From: Leucoraja ocellata
Lineage: Eukaryota
Assembly: GCA_036785375.1 (NCBI GenBank)
Contig: JAWMAR010000070.1
Span: 4,588,001 to 4,652,000, forward strand
DNA: 64,000 nucleotides
Direction: 5' to 3'
A model generated the notes under the pieces. The model was not told the origin of the DNA. It saw nothing but the letters and a program-made list of their open reading frames with translations, and made no database searches. Shown one piece after another: positions 49,001 to 59,306 of this stretch. A program made the translations under genes and the position numbers. How positions within the stretch are numbered: position 1 is the stretch's first letter; the number at the start of each line of letters is the position of its first letter.

Positions 49001-52000
49001 AGGTCGAGTAAATGCACAGAGTCTGTTGCCCAGAGTAGGGGAATCGAGAACCAGAGGACATAGTTTTAAGATGAGGAGAATGATTTAACAAGAATCTGGG
49101 GAGTAACGTTTTTACACAAGGTTGGTAGGTATATGAAACGAACTGCTGACGGAAGCAGTTATTGCAGGTACTATCATAACATTCAAGAAACATTTGAACA
49201 GGTACATGAATAGGATTAGTTTGGAGGGTTAAGGGCCAAGCATGGGCAGGTGGAACTAGTGTAGATAGGGCGTGTTGGTCAGTGCGGGCAAGTTAGAGAG
49301 AAGGAACTGTTTCTACGCTGCATGACTATGGTTATATGTAGATGGACGGGTCAGATTCCAACCTGGCGGCTCTGGCTATGATACAGAGATGTTGGATATT
49401 GGCGAGTGTTTGATTTTCAGATGTTCACAGTATCTGACTGTTTGCTCCATTCCCACAGAACCCGTGTCTGTTCCTGTGCTTGGATTTCTATCACCAGCCA
49501 ATGTCTCCTGTCTCGGGGGCTCAGTGACAGTGTCCTGTGAGTCGTTCCGGGGATCCCTTCCCATTAACTACACCTGGTATGAAAAGACCCCATCTGTGGA
49601 TTCAAAGATCTCAGACAACAATGCCCTGGATCTACATTGTCAATCCTTCAAACACCAGCACCATCAATATTATTGCACAGCCTCAAATAAACGTGGATCA
49701 AAATCCAGTGAAATGGTCAACGTGTCCATCTCCAGCAGTGACGTGCCCTGCAGTTTCCCAGTGAAAATCAACGGCACTGGTAAGTAGTGGAGGGAATGGG
49801 GAGAAGAAGGGGAAGTGCGGGTGGGGTGGTTCATAAGATCACATGTGATATAAGCAGTAATAGACCATTCAATCATGGCTGATCTATCTACCCCTCTTCA
49901 CCCCATTCTCCTGCCTTCTCCACATAACCCCCAACACCCTGAAATCCATGCACGTTATTTAATTTTTATCAAGATTAATATGATGGAATTATGGCCCATT
50001 TGTCAATACTTGGTTGCTGGGCTCCAGAAACAGATTTCCCAGTGCTGATGTAGGCCAGCTTCCCGGCTAGAACTTCCTCTTATGTTTACACAGCTTTAAA
50101 CTAGGTTTGTAGTGACATCAGTCCAAGCACTTTCACTTTCCATCATCTCCACATGACCGACACTCAAATATGGGAAGGGAACAGAAATTATCCGTAAATG
50201 TGACCACAGTTAACTTCTAGACTCTATCAGATTTGGTCCACTGTGTTACCATTAAGTGCCATCGATACTTATCCCATTTTTACCAGCTCCTCATCCATAG
50301 TCTTCTCAGAATTGACAATTCAAGTGCCTTCACCATCTAGGTTTAAAAATATTTCTTGCTCAGACACCCTCCAAATATTCTACTCCTAAACTCAACGCTA
50401 TGTTCTCCACGTCTATGCACATCTGCTGTGCTGATTTCCCACGAAGTACCTTATCTATGTCCCTCATAGCGACATTACAGGCACACATGTATTAGCTTCC
50501 TGGTTCCTCTCCTGTGTGGAATAAAACCCCAGCTATCCAGCCAGTTTAGTTTAAAGATCCAGCGTGGAAGCAGTTGCCTTTCACCGGTACACCCATTCTA
50601 CAATTAGGGACAATTCTAAATTAAGGGACAATTTACAGAAGCCAATTAACCTACAAACCTGCACGTCTTTAGTTTAGAGGTACAGTGCCTAAACAAGCCC
50701 TTCAGCCCACCGGGTCTGGGCCGACCAGCGATCCCCGCACATTATTAACCATCCTACACCCACTAGGGATATTAACCAAAGGCAATTAACCTACAAACCT
50801 GTACGTCTTTGGGGTGTGGGAGGAAACCGAAGATCTCGGAGAGAACCCACGCAGGTCACGGGGAGAACGTACAAACTCCATACAGGCAGCACCCGTGGTC
50901 GGGATCATTGCCCTGTCTATTAAGCCTATAAACTCCTTACATCGGACAAGCATGCTCTCTTGTTCAGCTGCAAGTGAAAAGCAGTGAAACTGATTTTTTA
51001 TTTCCTTGTTCCAACAGGACTTGAATATTCTTGTGAAACTTCAAAAAGATCCAAGTATACTTCAAGGTAAACTGTTTAAGAATTAACTGCAGATGGTGGA
51101 AAATCGAAGGTAGACAAAAGTGCTGGAGAAACTCAGCGGGTGCAGCAGCATCTATGGAGCGAAGGACATAGACAACGTTTCGGGCCGAAACCTTTCTTCA
51201 GACTGATGGATGGTCTGATGAACGGCTTCGGCCCAAAACGTTGCCTATTTCCTTCGCTCCATAGATGCTGCTGCACCCGCTGAGTTTCACCAGCACTTTT
51301 GTCTACCTTCAAGGTTAACTACTCTGTTTCCAATGAAAGGCGCCATGTACTAATTGCTGGTGTTTTGATTGGGATTGCTTCAATTGGGAGAAGTTTGTGT
51401 CTTCCGTTCACTGGCATTCAAGGCCGGTTGGAGTATTGATCTGTACGCACAGTGACACAGCCAGTGGAACCACAGCCTCACAAAGCCAAGACCCTGAACT
51501 TAGGTGCCGTCTATGTGTGTTCTGCATATTTTGCTTTCATTGTGTTGGAAGGAACTGCAGATGCTGGTTTAAACTGAATATAGATACAAACAACTGGAGT
51601 AACTCATCGGGTCAGACAGCATCTCTGGAGAAAAGGGATAGGTGACGTTTCGGGTTGAGACCCTTCTTCAGATTGAGAGTCAGGGTAACGAGAGCGATAT
51701 CGACGGTGATATAGAAAGATATAAAACAATGAATGAAACATATGCAAAAAAGTAACGATGATCAAGGAAACGATCCATAGGTAGCTGTGGGTTAGGTGAA
51801 AACGAGTTATACAGACAATGAGACACTACAAGACAACAGTGAAATTCATACCACGACTAGAGTGGGGGGAGGACATAGAGAGAGGGGATGCAAGGGTAAT
51901 TTAAAGTTAGAGAAATCAACATTTATGCTGCTTGGCAGTAAGCTGCCCAAGAGAAGTATGAGGTGCTGGTCCTCTAATTTGCATATGGCCTCACTCTGGC

Positions 52001-55000
52001 AATGGAGGAAGCCCAGGACAGAACAGTCAGTTTGGGAATGGGCGGGGGAGTTAAAGTGTTTAGCAACTGGGAGATCATATAGTGCCAGGAGGACTGAGCA
52101 TAAGTGTTCAGTGAAACGATCGCCCAGTCAACGTTTGGTCCTGCTGATGTATAAGAGTCCACACCTCATACAGTAGATGAGGTTGGATGAGGTTCAAATG
52201 AACTCAATCCTGAAAGGACAGTTGAGGTCCTTGGACAGAGTCGAGGGAGGAGGTACGGGGACAGGTGTTGCGTTTCCTGTGGTTGAAAGGGAAGGTATTG
52301 GGGAGAGCTATTGGATGGGAAAAGATGAGATAACCAGGGAGGTATACGGGACCTCAAACATACGTAATAGTGAAAGGCTTGTATAGAGTGTATGTGGGGA
52401 GGATGTTTCCACCAGTGGGAGATTCTAGGACTAGAGGTCACAGCCTCAGAATGAGATGTTCTTTTAGGAAGAAGATGAGGAGAAAATCCTTTAGTTTGAG
52501 GGTGAATCTGTGGAATTATTTGCCTCGGAATTCTGTGGAGGCTAATCAGTGGATATTTTTAAGGCAGAGATAGCTAGATTCTTCATTAGTACGGGTGTTA
52601 GAGGTTATGGGGAGAAGGCAGGACAATGGAGTTTGGAGGCAGAGATAGATCAGTCATGATTGAATGGCGGAGTAGATGTGATGGGCCAAATTCCCTAATT
52701 CTTCTCATATTGCTTATGTATATGACTTGCAAACCAGATATTAGTTAACTCACCAATAGTGAAATTGCGCTGGTTTGCATCTCATTGTGTTGTGTATATG
52801 TTTGGGTGATAAGAACACTTCCTCCATTTGTGGTACCTGTACTCCCTGCGGTATTCACCATGACTTCTCCATCACTAACCTCATCCCATGGTGTGAGATG
52901 AGTATAGTTGCCAAACCCAAGTATAGTTGCTTTGCCTTGCTGTGACCTGCTCTGGCATGGTACTGATAGGAAAATGCATAGTGAATTATGGGCTAAAACA
53001 CCACCTTTGATATCACGTATGGCAACACCTTGCAGAGTTGGTCAAAGTCTCAATGTCAATCACTCCAACAGCAGGAAGTGTCTCCACCTAGAACCTGACC
53101 CTGGGATGGTAGGCATGTTAGATCACACTGCTGACCTTGAGATGGTCATGGTGAGCCGTCTTCTAGATATGTTGAAGATGTTTCATATTCCAGACGGCTC
53201 TTAGCGAACAGTCACTGTCCAAACCCAATGTTGGTGGAGGTGAAGATGGAGTTGTAAATGGCATTGTGGTGAGATTTGTTGTGAACCAAGTGCATTGTTT
53301 TCTCTTTGGCCTGGTGTTCTCTCCACCGAGGTTGGAACAAGGTTGTAGAACTGTATTCACACAGTGGTGGTTTCAATGATAGCTGCAAATATTTGGTTAA
53401 TACACTGCAGTATTGAGGGGGGGGGGGGGGGGGGGGGGGGGCAGCATGCTGGCAGTCAGATATGAAAACTCTAAAAACAGTGGCATGGAGGCACAGCGGT
53501 AGAGTTTCTGCCTTATTGCCCCAGACACGTGTTCGATCCCGACAACGGATGCTGTCTGTACGGAGTTTGTTCGTTCTTTCAGTGACCACAGGGGTTTTCT
53601 CCAGTTTTCTCTGGGTGTTCCAGTTTTCTCCCACATTCCAAAGACGTGCAGGTTTGTAGGTTAATTGGCTTCAGTAAATTGTCTCCGATGTTTAGGACGG
53701 ATCTAGTGTATGGGGATTGCTGACCGATGCAGACTTGGTGGGCCGAAAGGCCTGTTTCCATGCTGTATCTCTAAACTCAACTAATCTAATCGAAACTCAA
53801 CTCAACTAATCATTGCAATAAAAGTGTAACAGTTCCCATACATTGTTTGTCAAGGAGGAGGGAGGGTTCCTTAATGGTTGGACGCATTTGCTCTTCAACC
53901 AGTTTCACGATCGTTTGTGAATGTCACCTTACTGTGAGCAGATTAGCTGCTGCATTACCCACCGAAACAAACTCTACACCTCATTTCCTTTGCTGCACAC
54001 TTCAAAAAAATCATGAAAGGTGCCATATAAATGTTTGACTTTTGTTCTTTACTGAAGTCCAAGAATCAATGATGAGCCATGTATCACCCTTCCCTATTCT
54101 CTGTCCAACAGGATCATTTACATAGTTGCGTCTGGTGTCACTGTGCTTCTCCTGATTCTCATCATTGCCTTCTTTTGGTACCGAAAGCGTAAAACCAAGG
54201 GTGAGTTTCTGATTTCACTTAAATAATTTCACAATACATGTCTGAGTTCCTTGCAGAATGTCAAGAGATTTAATTATGTTCTAATCAACAAATACCCTGC
54301 ATTAAAGTAATAAAATGTAGGGAGAAGCATGGATGATCAATAATGCTATCATGTTTGATGCTTTCATGGTGACTCAGTGAAAAACTGTTCTTTGAACATC
54401 ATTTTACAGAAACTGTCTGAGTGTGAAATGGCAGAGATGTGTGAGAACTAAGAGGCCAGGTAGAAGTAAGATTTACATAGATACTCTCATCCTCTCAGCT
54501 GTTAGAATATGCTTTGTGTGATTAGCTGTTGTATTTCGATTCAGGTGAAGTCGTGTTTATTGTCACATGCACAAGCATGGTGAAGTACAGTTACAATGAA
54601 GATCACGCCTGCAGCCTCACATGGACATAGACAACGTACAACATACCTGCATCACAGAGGGCGGTGGGTATATGGCAGAAGCTGCCAGAGGAGGTAGTTG
54701 AGGCAGAGCTGGTCTAGCTAGGACAGGTAATCCAAGATGTGAACGCCCATGAACTTGAAGCTGCCAACTATCTTCACCGCCGATGATGGTAGATGGATGG
54801 GCCGATTAGCATAATTCTGCTCCTATCACTTACTGAACTTATGAAAACCTGTTTTAGCAAATAAGGTTAGGACAATAGACACAAATGCTGGAGTAACTGA
54901 GTGGAACGTGCAGCATCTCTGGAGAGAAGGAATGTGTGACATTTCGGGTCAAGACCCCTTTTCAGACTGATGTCAGGGGAGTTGGTAGTACAGAGATAAA

Positions 55001-56391
55001 ATGTAGTCGGAGGCAGTAAGACTAGTCAAAGAACTGGGAATGGGGAGGGGATGGAGAGAGAGGGAAAAACAAGGGTTACTTGAAGTTAGAGAAGTCAATG
55101 TTCATACCGCTGGGGTGTAAGCTGCCCAAGCAAAATATGAGGTGCTGTTCCCCCAATTGGTGCTGGGTTTCACTCTGACAATGGAGGAGGCCCAGGACAG
55201 AAAGGTTAGTGTGGGAATGGGGGGAGGAGTTAAAGTGTTGAGCAACCGGGAGATCGGGTAGGTTTAGGCATCTGTTAGGAGGGATGGGTAGAGCACAGGG
55301 AATATGATACAGCAACCAGAACAACAGGGCTGATTCTTATTCCGTACGTGCAGTACTTTTGACCTAAATATAAGGTCTTGCACACAACACGTAGATGTTT
55401 CTGTGTGTTGGAGGGAACTACAGATGCTGGTTTACAATGAAGATAAACACAAAATGTTCAAGCAATTCAGCGGGTCAGGGTGCGTCTATGCAGAAGAGGA
55501 ACAGGTGACGTTTCGAGTCGAGACCCTTCTTCAGACTGAGAGTCAGGGGAAAGGGAAACAAGAGATCTCGAAGATACATAGAACAAATGAATGGAATATA
55601 TGAATGAATGATGTTTAAACCTGTTCCTGATATGGCTCTATCGACAACATATTTTCCAGAATCCAAGCGCAATACATCACACGGTGAAGACAACAATGAA
55701 ACCCAGGTAAAAATGTGAAATATAAATTCTCTGAGTGATGAAGAATATATAGCATTGAATTATCAGTGTTTACACAGGTCGTTTAGCAACACCAGTCCAG
55801 TCCAGTTAAGAGATCCAGCGCAGAAACAGGCCCTTTGGCCCACAGAGTCTAGGCCGACTAACGAACCCTGCACATGTACAGTATCCTACACACACTAGGG
55901 GCAATTTGCAATTATGCCAAACCAATTAGCCCACAAGCCTGTTGTAGGCGCTGTCAGGCAGCAACTCTACTGCTGCTCCACCGTACTGCACTATCTTTGT
56001 GTTGTAAACAGCAGCAATGGCTTGTTCTATACACTGAACAGTTTGAGACCTACTTTGTAATAGACCTCTGTTGAGGACCTTTCAAATCTATTAGGTTGTA
56101 AAATTGGATTGTGTTACATTTTAGGAAATGGCAGTGTTGAAAGAGGACCACGTTGATGCAAATCTGGAAAACAACAGGGCAGGTGACCATTTGGATAACA
56201 ATGAAGGTGGAATCACGTATGCAGTGGTGAAATTTCAAAAGAAGACGAGACCAAGGCAGCATGTGGCTGAAAACGCTGTCGTCTACGCAGATGTCAAGTT
56301 TCATCGCAACTGCCCAAAGGGCATTCGGAAACCCCAATCTCCTGGGACTCCAGAGAACCCTGAGTCAACCTATGCCTCTGTCGTTTCTTAG
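36953..56391 (+). CDS. Gene C (complete): 6-Ig-domain CD300/pIgR-like inhibitory receptor, leader-(V-C2)x3-stalk-TM-ITIM tail, about 799 aa
   Basis: 11 exons sum to 2400 nt in one open frame with canonical splice sites. Confidence 0.87.
38081..38395 (+). CDS. Gene C exon V1
   Basis: tttcag|GT GCA GTG...GAC G|gtacgt; 315 nt (alternative acceptor 38075). Confidence 0.9.
39520..40160 (-). mobile_element. 5'-truncated Rex1/Babar-like non-LTR retrotransposon
   Basis: Minus ORFs KARQRLYH..RQLRKF / SGNITVWFGNSS..DRKALQRAVRSAER...SFFSQAIRTL; (cttga)n-type 3' tail. Confidence 0.8.
40425..40640 (-). mobile_element. CR1-type LINE 3' tail
   Basis: catagaaacatagaaatt...ggccattcggcccttcgagcctg; reverse complement of the tail at about 48530-48748. 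Confidence 0.7.
40645..40672 (+). ncRNA. Minimal type-I hammerhead ribozyme-like motif (Penelope type)
   Basis: CTGAAGA-A-GGGTC.TG.GACCC-GAAAC-GTC. Confidence 0.55.
41676..41996 (+). CDS. Gene C exon C2-1
   Basis: cacag|AA CCC...GCT G|gtgagt; 321 nt. Confidence 0.88.
42552..43075 (-). mobile_element. Young Penelope-like element fragment with a 15-bp TSD
   Basis: TSD ctaggtggaattcaa at 42537-42551 and 43076-43090; minus ORF GDRFAEHLRSV...HLIFRLGSLHPGGMNIEFSQF (GIY-YIG C-terminus); empty site in paralogous introns. Confidence 0.88.
42618..42645 (-). ncRNA. Minimal hammerhead ribozyme-like motif
   Basis: Minus strand: CTGAAGA-A-GGGT(TTCG)GCCC-GAAAC-GTT, at the 3' end of a young Penelope copy. 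Confidence 0.6.
43202..43513 (+). CDS. Gene C exon V2
   Basis: tttcag|GT GCA...GAA G|gtaggt; 312 nt. Confidence 0.88.
45798..46115 (+). CDS. Gene C exon C2-2
   Basis: cccacag|AA CCC...ACA G|gtgagt; 318 nt. Confidence 0.88.
47350..47661 (+). CDS. Gene C exon V3
   Basis: tttcag|GT GCA...GAA G|gtgggt (weaker donor); 312 nt. Confidence 0.85.
48170..48764 (-). pseudogene. Antisense ITIM exon relic (copy 3, split by a CR1 3'-end insertion at about 48445-48748)
   Basis: GSIVYATV...QTV-AEMQF...DNVSYSDTTF; acceptor tttcag immediately before 48764. Confidence 0.62.
48445..48748 (+). mobile_element. CR1-type LINE 3' end insertion
   Basis: FRTEMRKTFFTQRVVNLWNCLP; tail ggctgaatggcctactcctgcacc; absent from paralogous introns. 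Confidence 0.8.
49459..49779 (+). CDS. Gene C exon C2-3 (membrane-proximal type)
   Basis: cccacag|AA CCC...ACT G|gtaagt; 321 nt. Confidence 0.88.
51018..51066 (+). CDS. Gene C stalk exon (GLEYSCETSKRSKYTSR)
   Basis: aacag|GA CTT...AG|gtaaac; 49 nt. Confidence 0.8.
51106..51310. repeat. Palindromic Penelope-derived element (two inverted arms of about 98 nt, each with a hammerhead-like motif)
   Basis: Arms 51106-51203 and 51213-51310 are reverse complements with a few mismatches. Confidence 0.85.
51540..52350 (-). mobile_element. Penelope-like element fragment (followed by a CR1 3' fragment at about 52370-52720, +)
   Basis: Minus-strand GIY-YIG-like remnants, same family as 42552-43075. Confidence 0.7.
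54112..54200 (+). CDS. Gene C transmembrane exon
   Basis: caacag|G ATC ATT...G|gtgagt; appears nucleotide-identical to the TM exons of A and B. Confidence 0.9.
54875..55265 (-). mobile_element. Penelope-like element 3' fragment
   Basis: Minus ORF PDLPVAQHFNS..HLIFCLGSLHPSGMNIDFSNFK. Confidence 0.75.
55660..55706 (+). CDS. Gene C cytoplasmic exon 1 (ESKRNTSHGEDNNETQ)
   Basis: tttccag|AA TCC...CAG|gtaaaa. Confidence 0.8.
56125..56391 (+). CDS. Gene C terminal ITIM exon
   Basis: ttttag|GAA ATG GCA...TAG; ITYAVV, VVYADV, STYASV; first Tyr motif lost (HVDANL). Confidence 0.9.
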   Translation, partial: EMAVLKEDHVDANLENNRAGDHLDNNEGGITYAVVKFQKKTRPRQHVAENAVVYADVKFHRNCPKGIRKPQSPGTPENPESTYASVVS

Positions 56392-56533
56392 GAGAGATTT
56401 TTAATTTGGTGTGAGTTTTTGGCAATACTTGCTTTACTGCATTAATCTGTTCAATACTTTATCAAAGATGGACACAAAATGCTGGAGTAGCTCAGCAGGT
56501 CGGGTAGCATCTCTGGAGAAATTGGACAGGTGG

Positions 56534-57649
56534 TGATACTAAGGTAATACTAAGATAGGTGGTGTTGTGGATAATGAAGTCGATTTTCAAAGTCTACAGA
56601 GAGATTTAGGCCATTTGGAAGAGTGGGCTGAAAGATGGCAGATGGAGTTTAATGCTGATAAGTGTGAGGTGCTACATCTTGGCAGGCCAAATCAAAATAG
56701 GACGTACATAGTAAATTGTAGCGAATTGATGAATGCAGTTGAACAGAGGGATCTAAGAATAACTGTGCATAGTTCCCTGAAGGTGGAATCTCATGTAAGT
56801 CAAGTCAAGTTTATTCGTCACATACACATACGAGATGTGTAGTGAAATGAAAAGTGGCAATGCTCGCGACTTTGTGCAAAAAGACAAACAACCAAACAAA
56901 CTACAAACAGAATGTAACAGAATCACATATTCTTTTCCATATTAAATATTGTGGGCGGAAGGAAAAAGGGAACAAAAACACAGCAATTTAAAAAAATATA
57001 TAGGATGGATAGGGTGGTAAAGAAAGCTTTTGGTGTGCTGGCCTTTATAAGTCAGAGCATTGAGTATAGAAGTTGGGATGTAATGTTAAAATTGTACAAG
57101 GCATTGGTGAGGCCAATTCTGGAGTATGGTGTACAATTTTGGTCGCCTAATTATAGGAAGGATGTCAACAAAATAGAGAGAGTACAGAGGAGATTTACTA
57201 AAATGTTGCCTGGGTTACAGAAAGGTTGAACAAGTTAGGTCTTTATTCTTTGGAGCACAGAAGGTTAAGGGGAGACTTGATAGAGGTCTTTAAAATGATG
57301 AGAGAGATAGACAGAGTTGACGTGGATAAGCTTTTCCCATTGAGAGTAGGGACGATTCAAACAAGAGGACATGACTTGAGAATTAAGGGACAGAAGTTTA
57401 GGGGTAACATGAGGGGGAACTTCTTTACTCAGAGAGTGGTGGCTGTGTGGAATGAGCTTCCAGTGGAAGTGGTGGAGGCTGGTCCGATTTTATCATTTAA
57501 AAATAAATTGGATAGGTATATAGACGGGAAAGGAATGGAGGGTTATGGTCTGAGTGCTGGTAGATGGGACATGGGGAAAATAAGTGTTCGGCACGGACTT
57601 GAAGGGTCGAGATGGCCTGTTTCCGTGCTGTAATTGTTATATGGTTATA
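56534..57649 (+). mobile_element. 5'-truncated CR1 (HER1-like) LINE ORF2 3' end in the gene C 3' region, with a nested insertion at 56798-57007
   Basis: LQRDLGHLEEWAERWQMEFNADKCEVLHLG / LYKALVRPILEYGVQFWSP / NFFTQRVVAVWNELP; absent at the paralogous site in A and B. Confidence 0.9.
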
Positions 57650-58460
57650 GGAGGCCTTTGAGGTTGGGACCCTTCTTCAGAGAAAGGTTCTGACCCAAAA
57701 TAGTACCAATCCATTTCCGCCAGAGATGTTTTTTGACCATCTAAGTTACTCCAGCATTTTGGGTTTGTCTTTGGTATAAACCGGCATTTATTATAGCTAT
57801 TTCTGAGCGGTTTGGTTCAATTCGTCGGGTGTCAGGGGTGATGGGGAGGAGGCAGGAGGGAGAGGTAGATTAACGATGAAGGAATGGTGGAGTAGCCTTG
57901 AATAACCAAATTGGCTGCTCCTATCACAAATGGCTTTATGAATTCCACTCCCATCACCAATCTCTTTCATCCGCTAGTATAATGAATGAGCCTAGATCAT
58001 GCATACAAATGATAAAATGGCGCTGCTTCCCATTCCTATTATACCCACACTCATTCCCCCCACCCACAAGTTCCCCAACCCTACCATCATCATTCCTTGC
58101 AAGGGTCTGCCTAAGCGCACCACACCCCATTGTCTCTGGGGCAAAATATTGTGGGTTCAAGTCTGTAAAGGGGCAATGGATCAAGCAAGAAAATGGGTTC
58201 AAGTGGATAGTGGGCTAAGGCAGATAAGCCCAAGATGTAAAATGATCCTCAAGCCTGGGTAAGGGGCCTCACTGAAACTTGGTCAAGACTGGATTTTACC
58301 TGCCTCAGTGACCAGTTGCAAATAAAATCTTAAGTGAGACCATCCCTAGATACTGCACAGCCAAGGGGAAATGGGGAGAGGGAGCACAGTAATGTAGCGT
58401 GGAACTGCAGAACTATTCATAGCTTTTATAGCCTATTAACAGTGCAAGAAGTGAGTCAAG

Positions 58461-59306
58461 TATGCAGATGGTACAACGGTGATTGGCCTCATCAGCAACA
58501 TCGATGAGCTGGCCTACAGGGAGGAGGTCCAGCACTTAGCAGCATGGTGCGCTGACAACAACCTGGCCCTTAACTCCAAGAAGACCAAGGAGCTCATTGT
58601 AGACTTCAGGAAGTCCAGAGGCGGCACGCACACCCCCATCCACATTAACGGGATGGAGGTGGAACGTGTTTCTAGCTTCAGGTTCCTGGGAGTCAACATC
58701 TCCGATGACCTCTCTTGGACCCACAATACCTCTACTCTGATCAAGAAGGCTCATCAGCGTCTCTTCTTCCTGAGGAGACTGAAGAAGGTCCATCTGTCTC
58801 CTCAGATCCTGGTGAACTTCTACCGCTGCACCATCGAGAGCATCCTTACCAACTGCATCACAGTATGGTATGGCAACTGCTCTGTCTCCGACCGGAAGGC
58901 ATTGCAGAGGGTGGTGAAAATTGCCCAACGCATCACCGGTTCCACGCTCCCCTCCATTGAGTCTGTCCAAAGCAAGCGCTGTCTGCGGAGGGCGCTCAGC
59001 ATCGCCAAGGACTGCTCTCACCCCAACCATGGACTGTGTACCCTCCTACCATCCGGGAGGCGCTACAGGTCTCTCCATTGCCGAACCAGCAGGTCGAGGA
59101 ACAGCTTCTTTCCGGCGGCTGTCAACAACGTACCTCGGTGACTGCCAATCACCACCCCACCCCCCCCCCCCCCCCCCCCCCCCCCCGGACACTTATTATT
59201 TTTTATTCAAATCGTTTGCTATGTCGCTCTTCAAGGGAGATGCTAAATGCATTTTGTTGTCTCTGTACTGTACAATGACAATTAAAATTGAATCTGAATC
59301 TGAATC
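58461..59306 (+). mobile_element. 5'-truncated Rex1/Babar-like LINE with TSD
   Basis: RT C-terminus YADGTTVIGLIS...KTKELIVDFRK...SFRFLGVNI; (gaatct)n tail; TSD tgagtcaag at 58452-58460 and 59307-59315; empty site at about 11157-11165. Confidence 0.9.

Noticed and set aside
1096-49779. Rearranging Ig/TCR-type V-segment locus
   Set aside because: V exons include their own G strand, end in GT splice donors and show no heptamer/nonamer RSS; the domains are CD300/pIgR type.
53163-53410. Unique-looking segment with minus-strand ORFs in a gene C intron
   Set aside because: No recognisable domain or splice pair; its absence from A and B fits a deletion that ends inside the adjacent SINE. Unresolved without a search.
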